NCBI RefSeq assembly: GCF_009914755.1
Contig: NC_060927.1
Source of the DNA: the human T2T-CHM13v2.0 reference genome, Homo sapiens
Length of the DNA: 64,000 nucleotides
Strand: one strand, 5' to 3'
Part shown: positions 33,401 to 49,300 of the stretch, one piece after another
How positions within the stretch are numbered: the stretch's first letter is position 1
Layout of the letters: every line of letters begins with the position of its first letter
Program-made: the position numbers and the translations under genes
Notes under the pieces: generated by a model
Databases searched by the model: none
What the model was told of the DNA's origin: nothing
The model's input: the letters and a program-made list of their open reading frames with translations, nothing else

Positions 33401-36400
33401 CATCAAATATAGATTATATACTGAACATATAATATCAATGTACCCCAAATATATATTTTATACTTTATATGAAATATCAAAGTTCAGAAACCATACATTA
33501 TATACTGTACATAAAATATCAAAGTACCCAAGGTATATATTCTATACTGTACAAAAAATATCAAAGTACCCAAAGCATGTATTATATACTGTACATAAAA
33601 TATGAAAGTACATCAAATATATATTTTATTCTGTACATAAAATATCAAAGTACACCAGATATATATTCTATAGTGTACATAAAATATCAAAGTACCCAAA
33701 CTATACATTATATACTGTACATAAAATATGAAATTACATCAAATATATATTAGGTACATAAAATATGAAAGTACATAAAATATAGATTATATACTGTACA
33801 TAAAATATCAAAGTACCCCAAATATATATTATATACTCTATATGAAATATCAAATTTCACAAACTATATATTATATACTGTACATAAAATATCAAAGTAC
33901 CCAAGGTATATATTCTATACTGTACAAAAAATATCAGAGTACCCAAAGCATGTATTATATACTGTATATAAAATATGAAAGTACATTAAAGATATATTTT
34001 ATTCTGTACAAAAAATATCAAAGTACACCAGATATATATTCTATAGTGTACATAAAATAACAATGTACACAAACTATAAATTATATACTGTACATAAAAT
34101 ATGAAATTACATCAAATATATATTAGGTACATAAAATATGAAAGTACATCAAATATAGATTATATACTGTACATTAAATACCAAAGTAACCCAAATATAT
34201 ATTTTATACTCTACATGAAATATCAAAGTTCACAAACCATACATTATATACTGTACATAAAATATCAAAGTACCCAAGGTATATATTCTATACTGTACAA
34301 ATAATATCAAACTACCCAAAGCATGTATTATAAACTGTACCTAAAATATGAAAGTACATCAAATATATATTTTATTCTGTACATAGAATATCAAAGTACA
34401 CCTGATATATATTCTATAGTGTACATAAAATATCAAAGTACCCAAACTATACATTATATACTGTACATAAAATATGAAATTACATCAAATATATATTAGG
34501 TACATAAAATATGAAAGTACATAAAATATAGATTATATACTGTACATAAAATATCAAAGTACCCCAAATATATATTATATACTCTACATGAAATATCAAA
34601 GTTCACAAACTATATATTATATACTGTACATAAAATATCAAAGTACCCAAGGTATATATTCTATACTGTACAAAAAATATCAAAGTACCCAAAGGATGTA
34701 TTATATACTGTACATAAAATATGAAAGTACATCAAATATATATTTTATTCTGTACATAAAATATCAAAGTACACCCGATATATATTCTATAGTGTACATA
34801 AAATAACAAAGTACCCAAACTATACATTATATACTGTACATAAAATATGAAATTACATCAAATATATATTAGGTACATAAAATATGAAAGTACATCAAAT
34901 ATAGATTATATACTGTACATAAAATATCAAAGTACCCCAAATATATATTTTATACCGTACATGAAATACCAAATTTCACAAACTATATATTATATACTGT
35001 ACATAAAATATCAAAGTACCCAAGGTATATATTCTATACTGTACAAAAAATATCAAAGTACCAAAAGCATGTATTATATACTGTACATAAAATATGAAAG
35101 TACATCAAATATATATTTTATTCTGTACATAAAATATCAAAGTACACCAGACATATATTCTATAGTGTACATAAAATATCAAAGTACCCAAACTATACAT
35201 TATATACTGTACATAAAATATGATATTACATCAAATATATTTTAAATTAGGTACATAAAATATGAAAGTACATCAAATATAGATTATATGCTGTACATTA
35301 AATACCAAAGTACCCCAAATATATATTTTATACTGTACATGAAATATCAAAGTTCACAAACTATATATTATATACTGTATATAAAATATCAAAGTACCCA
35401 AGGTATATATTCTATACGGTACCAAAAATATCAAAGTACCCAAAGCACGTATTATATACTGTACATAAAATATGAAAGTACATCAAATATATATTTTATT
35501 CTGTACATAAAATATCAAAGTACACCAGATATATATTCTATAGTGTACATAAAATATCAAAGTACCCAAACTATACATTATATACTGTACATAAAATATG
35601 AAATTACACCAAATATATATTAGGTACATAAAATATGAAAGTACATCAAATATAGATTATATACTGTACATAAAACATCAATGTACCCCAAATATATATT
35701 ATATACTCTACATGAAATATCAAAGTTCACACACTATATATTATATACTGTACATAAAATAAAGTACCCAAGGTACATATTCTATACTGTACAAAAAATA
35801 TCAAAGTACCCAAAGCGTGTATTATATACTGTATATAAAATATGAAAGTACATCTAATATATATTTTATTCTGTACATAAAATATCAAAGTACACCAGAT
35901 ATATATTCTATAGTGTACATAAAATAACAAAGTACAAAAACTATAAATTATATACTGTACATAAAATATGAAATTACATCAAATATATATTAGGTACATA
36001 AAATATGAAAGTACATCAAATATAGATTATATACTGTAGATAAAATATCAATGTACCCCAAATATATATTTTATACTCTACATGAAATATCAAACTTCAC
36101 AAACCATATATTATATACTGTACATAAAATATTGAAGTACCCAAGGTATATATTCTATACTATACAAAAAATATCAAAGTACCCAAAGCATGTATTATAT
36201 ACTGTACATAAAATATGAAAGTACATCCAATATATATTTTATTCTGTACATAAAACATCAAAGTACACCAGATATATATTCTATAGTGTACATAAAATAT
36301 CAAAGTACCCAAACTATACATTATATACTGTACATAAAATATGAAATTACATCAAATATATTTTATATTAGGTACATAAAATATGAAAGTACATCAAATA

Positions 36401-39400
36401 TAGATTATATACTGTACATTAAATACCAAAGTATCCCAAATATATATTTTATACTGTACATGAAATATCAAAGTTCACAAACTATATATTATATACTGTA
36501 CATATAATATCAAAGTACCCAAGGTATATATTCTATACTGTACAAAAAATAACAAAGTACCAAAAGCATGTATTATATACTGTACATAAAATATGAAAGT
36601 ACATCAAATATATATTTTATTCTGTACATAAAATATCAAAGTACACCAGATATATATTCTATAGTGTACATAAAATATCAAAGTACCCAAACTATACATT
36701 ATATTCTGTACATAAAATATGAAATTACATCAAATATATATTAGGTACATAAAATATGAAAGTACATCAAATATAGATTATATACTGTACATAAAATATC
36801 AAAGTACCCCAAATATATATTATATACTCTACATGAAATATCAAAGTTCACAAACTATATATTATATACTGTACATAAAATATCAAAGTACCCAATGTAT
36901 ATATTCTATACTGTACAAAAAATATCAAAGTACCCAATGCATGTATTATATACTGTATATAAAATATGAAAGTACATCAAATATATACTTTATTTTGTAC
37001 ATAAAATATCAATGTACACCAGATATATATTCTATAGTGTACATAAAATAACAAAGTACACAAACTATAAATTATATACTGTACATAAAATATGAAATTA
37101 CATCAAATATATATTAGGTACATAAAATATGAAAGTACATCAAATATAGATTATATACTGTACATATATTATCAATGTACCCCAAATATGTATTTTATAC
37201 TCTACATGAAATATCAAAGTTCACAAACCATATATTATATACTGTACATAAAATATCAAAGTACCCAACGTATATATTCTATACTGTACAAAAAATATCA
37301 AAGTACCCAAAGCATGTTTTATATACTGTACATAAAATATGAAAGTACATCAAATATATATTTTATTCTGTACATAAAATATCAAAGTACACCAGATATA
37401 TATTCTATAGTGTACATAAAATATCAAAGTACCCAAACTATACATTATATACTGTACATAAAATATGAAATTACATCAAATATATTTTATATTAGGTACA
37501 TAAAATACGAAAGTACATCAAATATAGATTATATACTGTACATTAAATACCAAAGTACCCCAAATATATATTTTATACTGTACATGAAATATCAAAGTTC
37601 ACAAACTATATATTATATACTGTACATATAATATCAAATTACCCAAGCTATATATTCTATACTGTACAAAAAATAACAAAGTACCAAATCCATGTATTAT
37701 ATACTGTACCTAAAATATGAAAGTACATGAAATATATATTTTATTCTGTACATGAAATATCAAAGTACACCAGATATATATTCTATAGTGTACATAAAAT
37801 ATCAAAGTTCCCAAACTATACATTATATACTGTACATAAAATATGAAATTACATCAAATATATATTATATTAGGTACATTAAATATGAAAGTACATCAAA
37901 TATAGATTATATACTGTACATAAAATATCAAAGTACCCCAAATATATATTATATACTCTACATGAAATATCAAAGTTCACAAGCTATATATTATATACTG
38001 TATATAAAATATCAAAGTACCCAAGGTATATATTCTATACTGTACAAAAAATATCAAAGTACCCAAAGCATGTATTATATACTGTACATAAAATATGAAA
38101 GTACATCAAATATATATTTAATTCTGTACTTAATATATCAAAGTACACCGGATATATATTCTATAGTGTACATAAAATAACAAAGTATACAAACTATAAA
38201 TTATATACTGTACATAAAATATGAAATTACATCAAATATATATTAGGTACATAAAATATGAAAGTACATCAAATATAGATTATATACTGTACATAAAATA
38301 TCAATGTACCCCAAATATATATTTTATACTATACATGAAATATCAAAGTTCACAAACCATATTTTGTATACTGTACATAAAATATCAAAGTACCCAAGGT
38401 ATATATTTTATAGTCTACAAAAAATATCAAAATACCCAAAGCATGTATTATATACTGTACATAAAATATGAAAGTACATCGAATATATATTTTATTCTGT
38501 ACATAAAATATCAAAGTACACCAGATATATATTCTATAGTGTACATAAAATATCAAAGTACCCAAACTATACATTATATTCTGTACATAAAACATGAAAT
38601 TACATCAAATATATATTAGGTACATAAAATATGAAAGTACATCAAATATAGATTATATACTGTACATAAAATATCAAAGTACCCCAAATATATATTATAT
38701 ACTCTACATGAAATATCAAAGTTCACAAACTATATATTATATTCTGTACATAAAATATGAAATTACATCAAATATATATTATATTAGGTATATAAAATAT
38801 GAAAGTACATCAAATATATATTTTATTCTGTACATAAAATATCAATGTACAACAGATATATATTCTATAGTGTACATAAAATATCAAAGTACCCAAACTA
38901 TACATTATATACAGTACATAAAATATGAAATTACTTCAAATATATATTATATTAGGTACATAAAATATGAAAGTACATCAAATATAGATTATATACTGTA
39001 CATAAAATATCAAAGTACCCCAAATATATATTATATTCTCTACATGAAATATCGAAGTTCACAAACTATATATTATATACTGTACATAAAATATCAAAGT
39101 ACCCAAGGTATATATTCTATACTGCACAAAAAATTTCAAAGTACCCAAATCATGTATTATATACTGTATATAAAATATGAAAGTACATCAAATATATATT
39201 TTATTCTGTACATAAAATATCAAAGTACACCAGATATATATTCTATAGTGTACATAAAATAACAAAGTACACAAACTATAAATTATATACTGTACATAAA
39301 ATATGAAATTTCATCAAATATATATTAGGTACATAAAATATGAAAGTACATCAAATATAGATTATATACTGTACATATATTATCAATGTACCCCAAATAT

Positions 39401-39719
39401 GTATTTTATACTCTACATGAATTATCAAAGTTCACAAACCATATATTATATACTGTACATAAAATATCAAAGTACCCAAGGTATATATTCTATACTGTAC
39501 AAAAAATATCAAAGTACCCAAAGCATGTTTTATATACTGTACATAAAATATGAAAGTACATCAAATATATATTTTATTCTGTACATAAAATATCAAAGTA
39601 CACCAGATATATATTCTACAGTGTACATAAAATATCAATGTATCCAAACTATACATTATATACTGTACATAAAATATGAAATTACATCAAATATATTTTA
39701 TATTAGGTACATAAAATAT

Positions 39720-42700
39720 GAAAGCACATCAAATATTGATTATATACTGTACATAAAATATCAAAGTACCCCAAATATATATTATATACTCTACATGAAA
39801 TATCAAAGTTCACAAACTATATATTATATACTGTACATAAAATAAAGTACCCAAGGTACATATTCTATACTGTACAAAAAATATCAAAGTACCCAAAGCA
39901 TGTATTATATACTGTATATAAAATATGAAATTACATCAAATATATATTTTATTCTGTACGTAAAATATCAAAGTACACCAGATATATATTCTATAGTGTA
40001 CATAAAATAACAAAGTACAAAAACTATAAATTATATACTGTACATAAAATATGAAATTACATCAAATATATATTAGGTACATAAAATATGAAAGTACATC
40101 AAATATAGATTATATACTGTACATTAAATACCAAAGTACCCCAAATATATATTTTATACTGTACATGAAATATCAAAGTTCACAAACTATATATTATATA
40201 CTGTACATAAAATATCAAAGTACCCAAGGTATATATTCTATACTGTACAAAAGATATCAACGTACCCAAAGCATGTATTATATACTGTACATAAAATATG
40301 AAAGTACATCAAATATATATTTTATTCTGTACATAAAATATCAAAGTACACCAGATATATATTCTATAGTGTACATAAAATAACAAAGTACACAAACTAT
40401 ACATTATATACTGTACATAAAATATGAAATTACATCAAATATATATTATGTACATAAAATATGAAAGTACATCAAATATAGATTATATACTGAACATATA
40501 ATATCAATGTACCCCAAATATATATTTTATACTCTATATGAAATATCAAAGTTCAGAAACCATACATTATATACTGTACATAAAATATCAAAGTACCCAA
40601 GGTATATATTCTATACTGTACAAAAAATATCAAAGTACCCAAAGCATGTATTATATACTGTACATAAAATATGAAAGTACATCAAATATATATTTTATTC
40701 TGTACATAAAATATCAAAGTACACCAGATATATATTCTATAGTGTACATAAAATATCAAAGTACCCAAACTATACATTATATACTGTACATAAAATATGA
40801 AATTACATCAAATATATATTAGGTACATAAAATATGAAAGTACATAAAATATAGATTATATACTGTACATAAAATATCAAAGTACCCCAAATATATATTA
40901 TATACTCTACATGAAATATCAAATTTCACAAACTATATATTATATACTGTACATAAAATATCAAAGTACCCAAGGTATATATTCTATACTGTACAAAAAA
41001 TATCAGAGTACCCAAAGCATGTATTATGTACTGTATATAAAATATGAAAGTACATTAAAGATATATTTTATTCTGTACAAAAAATATCAAAGTACACCAG
41101 ATATATATTCTATAGTGTACATAAAATAACAATGTACACAAACTATAAATTATATACTGTACATAAAATATGAAATTACATCAAATATATATTAGGTACA
41201 TAAAATATGAAAGTACATCAAATATAGATTATATACTGTACATGTAATATCAATGTACCCCAAATATATATTTTATACTCTACATGAAATATCAAAGTTC
41301 ACAAACCATACATTATATACTGTACATAAAATATCAAAGTACCCAAGGTATATATTCTATACTGTACAAATAATATCAAACTACCCAAAGCATGTATTAT
41401 AAACTGTACATAAAATATGAAAGTACATCAAATATATATTTTATTCTGTACATAAAATATCAAAGTACACCAGATATATATTCTATAGTGTACATAAAAT
41501 ATCAAAGTACCCAAACTATACATTATATACTGTACATAAAATATGAAATTACATCAAATATATATTAGGTACATAAAATATGAAAGTACATCAAATATAG
41601 ATTATATACTGTACATAAAATATCAAAGTACCCCAAATATATATTATATACTCTACATGAAATATCAAAGTTCACAAACTATATATTATATACTGTACAT
41701 AAAATATCAAAGTACCCAAGGTATATATTCTATATTGTACAAAAAATATCAAAGTACCCAAAGGATGTATTATATACTGTACATAAAATATGAAAGTACA
41801 TCAAATATATATTTTATTCTGTACATAAAATATCAAAGTACACCAGATATATATTCTATAGTGTACATAAAATAACAAAGTACACAAACTATACATTATA
41901 TACTGTACATAAAATATGAAATTACATCAAATATATTTTAGGTACATAAAATATGAAAGTACATCAAATATAGATTATATACTGTACATAAAATATCAAT
42001 GTACCCCAAATATATATTTTATACTCTACATGAAATATCAAAGTTCACAAACCATATATTGTATACTGTACATAAAATATCAAAGTACCCAAGGTATATA
42101 TTCTATACTATAAAAAAAATATCAAAGTACCCAAAGCATGTGTTATTTACTGTACATAAAATATGAAAGTACATCAAATATATATTTTATTCTGTACATA
42201 AAATATCAAAGTACACCAGATATATATTCTATAGTGTACATAATATATCAAAATACCCAAACTATACTTTATATACTGTACATAAAATATGAGATTTCAT
42301 CAAATATATATTATATTAGGTACATAAAATATGAAAGTACATCAAATATAGATTATATACTGTGCATAAAATATCAAAGTACCCCAAATATATATTATAT
42401 ACTCTACATGAAATATCAAAGTTCACAAACTATATATTATATACTGTACATAAAATATCAAAGTACCCAAGGTATATATTCTATACTGTACAAAAAATAT
42501 CAAAGTACCCAAAGCATGTATTATATACTGTATATAAAATAAGAAAGTACATTAAATACATATTTTATTCTGTACATAAAATATCAAAGTACACCAGATA
42601 TATATTCTATAGCGTACATAAAATAACAAAGTACACAAACTATAAATTATATACTGTACATAAAATATGAAATTACATCAAATATATATTAGGTACATAA

Positions 42701-45700
42701 AATATGAAAGTACATCAAATATAGATTATATACTGAACATATAATATCAATGTACCCCAAATATATATTTTATACTCTACATGAAATATCAAAGTTCAGA
42801 AACCATACATTATATACTGTACATAAAATATCAAAGTACCCAAGGTATATATTCTATAATGTACAAAAAATATCAAAGTACCCAAAGCATGTATTATATA
42901 CTGTACATAAAATATGAAAGTACATCAAATATATATTTTATTCTGTACATAAAATATCAAAGTACACCAGATATATATTCTATAGTGTACATAAAATATC
43001 AAAGTACCCAAACTATACATTATATACTGTACATAAAATATGAAATTACATCAAATATACATTAGGTACATAAAATATGAAAGTACATCAAATATAGATT
43101 ATATACTGTACATAAAATATCAAAGTACCCCAAATATATATTATATACTCTACATGAAATATCAAATTTCACAAACTATATATTATATACTGTACATAAA
43201 ATATCAAAGTACCCAAGGTATATATTCTATACTGTACAAAAAATATCAAAGTACCCAAAGCATGTATTATATATTGTATATAAAATATGAAAGTACATTA
43301 AAGATATATTTTATTCTGTACATAAAATATCAAAGTACACCAGATATATATTCTATAGTGTACATAAAATAACAAAGTACACAAACTATAAATTATATAC
43401 TGTACATAAAATATGAAATTACATCAAATATATATTAGGTACATAAAATATGAAAGTACATCAAATATAGATTATATACTGTATATAAAATATCAATGTA
43501 CCCCAAATATATATTTTATACTCTACATGAAATATCAAAGTTCACAAACCATATATTATATACTGTACATAAAATATCAAAGTACCCAAGGTATATATTC
43601 TATACTATACAAAAAATATCAAAGTACCCAAAGCATGTATTATACACTGTACATAAAATATGAAAGTACATCAAATATATATTTTATTCTGTACATAAAA
43701 TATCAAAGTACACCAGATATATATTCTATAGTGTACATAAAATATCAAAATACCCAAACTATACATTATATACTGTACATAAAATACGAGATTACATCAA
43801 ATATATATTATATTAGGTACATAAAATATGAAAGTACATCAAATATAGATTATATACTGTACATAAAATATCAAAGTACCCCGAATATATATTATATACT
43901 CTACATGAAATATCAAAGTTCACAAACTATATATTATATACTGTACATAAAATATCAAAGTACCCAAGGTATATATTCTATACTGTACAAAAGATATCAA
44001 AGTACCCAAAGCATGTATTATATACTGTATATAAAATATGAAAGTACATTAAATATATATTTTATTCTGTACATAAAATATCAAAGTACACCAGATATAT
44101 ATTCTATAGTGTAGATAAAATAACAAAGTACACAAACTATAAATTATATACTGTACATAAAATATGAAATTACATCAAATATATATTAGGCACATAAAAT
44201 ATGAAAGTACATCAAATATAGATTATATACTGAACATATAATATCAATGTACCCCAAATATATATTTGATACTCTACATGAAATATCAAAGTTCAGAAAC
44301 CATACATTATATACTGTACATAAAATATCAAAGTACCCAAGGTATATATTCTATACTGTACAAAAAATATCAAAGTACCCAAAGCATGTATTATATACTG
44401 TACATAATATATGAAAGTACATCAAATATATATTTTATTCTGTACATAAAATATCAAAGTACACCAGATATATATTCTATAGTGTACATAAAATATCAAA
44501 GAACCCAAACTATACATTATATACTGTACATAAAATATGAAATTACATCAAATATATATTAGGTACATAAAATATGAAAGTATATCAAATATAGATTATA
44601 TACTGTACATAAAATATCAAAGTACCCCAAATATATATTATATACTCTACATGAAATATCAAAGTTCACAAACTATATATTATATACTGTACATAAAATA
44701 TCAAAGTACCCAAGGTATATATTCTATACTGTACAAAAAATATCAAGGTACCCAAAGCATGTATTATATACTGTACATAAAATATGAAAGTACATCAAAT
44801 ATATATTTTATTCTGTACATAAAATATCAAAGTACACCAGATATATATTCTATAGTGTACATAAAATAACAAAGTACACAAACTATACATTATATACTGT
44901 ACATAAAATATGAAATTACATCAAATATATATTAGGTACATAAAATATGAAAGAACATTAAACATAGATTATATACTGTACAAAAAATATCAAAGTACCC
45001 CAAATATATATTATATACTCTACATGAAATATCAAAGTTCACAAACTATATATTATATACTGTACATAAAATATCAAAGTACCCAAGGTATATATTCTAT
45101 ACTGTAAAAAAAATATCAGAGTACCCAAAGCATGTATTATATACTGTACATAAAATATGAAAGTACATCAAATATACATTTAATTCTGTACTTAATATAT
45201 CAAAGTACACCGGATATATATTCTATAGTGTACATAAAATAACAAAGTACACAAACTATAAATTATATACTGTACATAAAATATGAAATTACATCAAATA
45301 TATATTAGGTACATAAAATATGAAAGTACATCAAATATAGATTATATACTGTACATAAAATATCAATGTACCCCAAATATATATTTTATACTATACATGA
45401 AATATCAAAGTTCACAAACCATATTTTGTATACTGTACATAAAATATCAAAGTACCCAAGGTATATATTTTATACTCTACAAAAAATATCAAAATACCCA
45501 AAGCATGTATTATATACTGTACATAAAATATGAAAGTACATCGAATATATATTTTATTCTGTACATAAAATATCAAAGTACACCAGATATATATTCTATA
45601 GTGTACATAAAATATCAAAGTACCCAAACTATACATTATATTCTGTACATAAAATATGAAATTACATCAAATATATATTAGGTACATAAAATATGAAAGT

Positions 45701-45760
45701 ACATCAAATATAGATTATATACTGTACATAAAATATCAAAGTACCCCAAATATATATTAT
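39720..45760 (+). repeat. HSat1A ~6-kb third copy of the core of block A (offset +31257 from A, -7855 from A')
   Basis: Seen: ORF starts 8794->40051, 11524->42781, 14026->45283 all differ by 31257. Ends are approximate. Confidence 0.85.
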
Positions 45761-46380
45761 ATTCTCTACATGAAATATCGAAGTTCACAAACTATATATT
45801 ACATACTGTACATAAAATATCAAAGTACCCAAGGTATATATTCTATACTGCACAAAAAATTTCAAAGTACCCAAATCATGTATTATATACTGTATATAAA
45901 ATATGAAAGTACATCAAATATATATTTTATTCTGTACATAAAATATCAAAGTACACCAGATATATATTCTATAGTGTACATAAAATAACAAAGTACACAA
46001 ACTATAAATTATATACTGTACATAAAATATGAAATTTCATCAAATATATATTAGGTACATAAAATATGAAAGTACATCAAATATAGATTATATACTGTAC
46101 ATATATTATCAATGTACCCCAAATATGTATTTTATACTCTACATGAATTATCAAAGTTCACAAACCATATATTATATACTCTACATAAAATATCAAAGTA
46201 CCCAAGGTATATATTCTATACTGTACAAAAAATATCAAAGTACCCAAAGCATGTTTTATATACTGTACATAAAATATGAAAGTACATCAAATATATATTT
46301 TATTCTGTACATAAAATATCAAAGTACACCAGATATATATTCTACAGTGTACATAAAATATCAAAGTACCCAAACTATAC

Positions 46381-49300
46381 ATTATATACTGTACATAAAA
46401 TATGAAATTACATCAAATATATTTTATATTAGGTACATAAAATATGAAAGTACATCAAATATAGATTATATACTGTACATTAAATACCAAAGTACCCCAA
46501 ATATATATTTTATACTGTACATGAAATATCAAAGTTCACAAACTATATATTATATACTGTACATATAATATCAAAGTACCCAAGGTATATATTCTATACT
46601 GTACAAAAAATAACAAAGTACCAAAAGCATGTATTATATACTGTACCTAAAATATGAAAGTACATGAAATATATATTTTATTCTGTACATAAAATATCAA
46701 AGTACACCAGATATATATTCTATAGTGTACATAAAATATCAAAATACCCAAACTATACATTATATACTGTACATAAAATATGAAATTACATCAAATATAT
46801 ATTATATTAGGTACATAAAATATGAAAGTACATCAAATATAGATTATATACTGTACATTAAATACCAAAGTACCCCAAATATATATTTTATACTGTACGT
46901 GAAATATCAAAGTTCACAAACTATATATTATATACTGTACATAAAATATCAAAGTACCCAAGGTATATATTCTATACTGTACAAAAAATATCAAATTACC
47001 CAAAGCATGTATTATATACTGTACCTAAAATATGAAAGTACATCAAATATATATTTTATTCTGTACATAAAATATCAAAGTACACCAGATATATATTCTA
47101 TAGTGTACATAAAATAACAAAGTACAAAAACTATAAATTATATACTGTACATAAAATATGAAATTACACCAAATATATATTAGGTACATAAAATATGAAA
47201 GTACATCAAATATAGATTATATACTGTACATATAATATCAATGTACCCCAAATATATATTTTATACTCTACATGAAATATCAAAGTTCACAAACCATATA
47301 TTATATACTGTACATAAAATATCAAAGTACCCAAGGTATATATTCTATACTATTCAAAAAATATCAAAGTAACCAAAGCATGTATTATATACTGTACATA
47401 AAATATGAAAGTACATCAAATATATATTTTATTCTGTACATAAAATATCAAAGTACACCAGATATATATTCTATAGTGTACATAAAATATCAAAGTACCC
47501 AAACTATACATTACATACTGTACATAAAATATGAAATTACATCAAATATATATTATATTAGGTACATAAAATATGAAAGTACATCAAATATAGATTATAT
47601 ACTGTACATAAAATATCAAAGTACCCCAAATATATATTATATACTCTACATGAAATATCAAAGTTCACAAACTATATATTATATACTGTACATAAAATAA
47701 AGTACCCAAGGTACATATTCTATACTGTACAAAAAATATCAAAGTACCCAAAGCATGTATTATATACTGTATATAAAATATGAAATTACATCAAATATAT
47801 ATTTTATTCTGTACGTAAAATATCAAAGTACACCAGATATATATTCTATAGTGTACATAAAATAACAAAGTACAAAAACTATAAATTATATACTGTACAT
47901 AAAATATGAAATTACATCAAATATATATTAGGTACATAAAATATGAAAGTACATCAAATATAGATTATATACTGTACATTAAATACCAAAGTACCCCAAA
48001 TATATATTTTATACTGTACATGAAATATCAAAGTTCACAAACTATATATTATATACTGTACATAAAATATCAAAGTACCCAAGGTATATATTCTATACTG
48101 TACAAAAGATATCAACGTACCCAAAGCATGTATTATATACTGTACATAAAATATGAAAGTACATCAAATATATATTTTATTCTGTACATAAAATATCAAA
48201 GTACACCAGATATATATTCTATAGTGTACAAAAAATAACAAAGTACACAAACTATACATTATATACTGTACATAAAATATGAAATTACATCAAATATATA
48301 TTATGTACATAAAATATGAAAGTACATCAAATATAGATTATATACTGAACATATAATATCAATGTACCCCAAATATATATTTTATACTCTATATGAAATA
48401 TCAAAGTTCAGAAACCATACATTATATACTGTACATAAAATATCAAAGTACCCAAGGTATATATTCTATACTGTACAAAAAATATCAAAGTACCCAAAGC
48501 ATGTATTATATACTGTACATAAAATATGAAAGTACATCAAATATATATTTTATTCTGTACATAAAATATCAAAGTACACCAGATATATATTCTATAGTGT
48601 ACATAAAATATCAAAGTACCCAAACTATACATTATATACTGTACATAAAATATGAAATTACATCAAATATATATTAGGTACATAAAATATGAAAGTACAT
48701 AAAATATAGATTATATACTGTACATAAAATATCAAAGTACCCCAAATATATATTATATACTCTACATGAAATATCAAATTTCACAAACTATATATTATAT
48801 ACTGTACATAAAATATCAAAGTACCCAAGGTATATATTCTATACTGTACAAAAAATATCAGAGTATCCAAAGCATGTATTATATACTGTATATAAAATAT
48901 GAAAGTACATTAAAGATATATTTTATTCTGTACAAAAAATATCAAAGTACACCAGATATATATTCTACAGTGTACATAAAATAACAATGTACACAAACTA
49001 TAAATTATATACTGTACATAAAATATGAAATTACATCAAATATATATTAGGTACATAAAATATGAAAGTACATCAAATATAGATTATATACTGTACATGT
49101 AATATCAATGTACCCCAAATATATATTTTATACTCTACATGAAATATCAAAGTTCACAAACCATACATTATATACTGTACATAAAATATCAAAGTACCCA
49201 AGGTATATATTCTATACTGTACAAATAATATCAAACTACCCAAAGCATGTATTATAAACTGTACATAAAATATGAAAGTACATCAAATATATATTTTATT

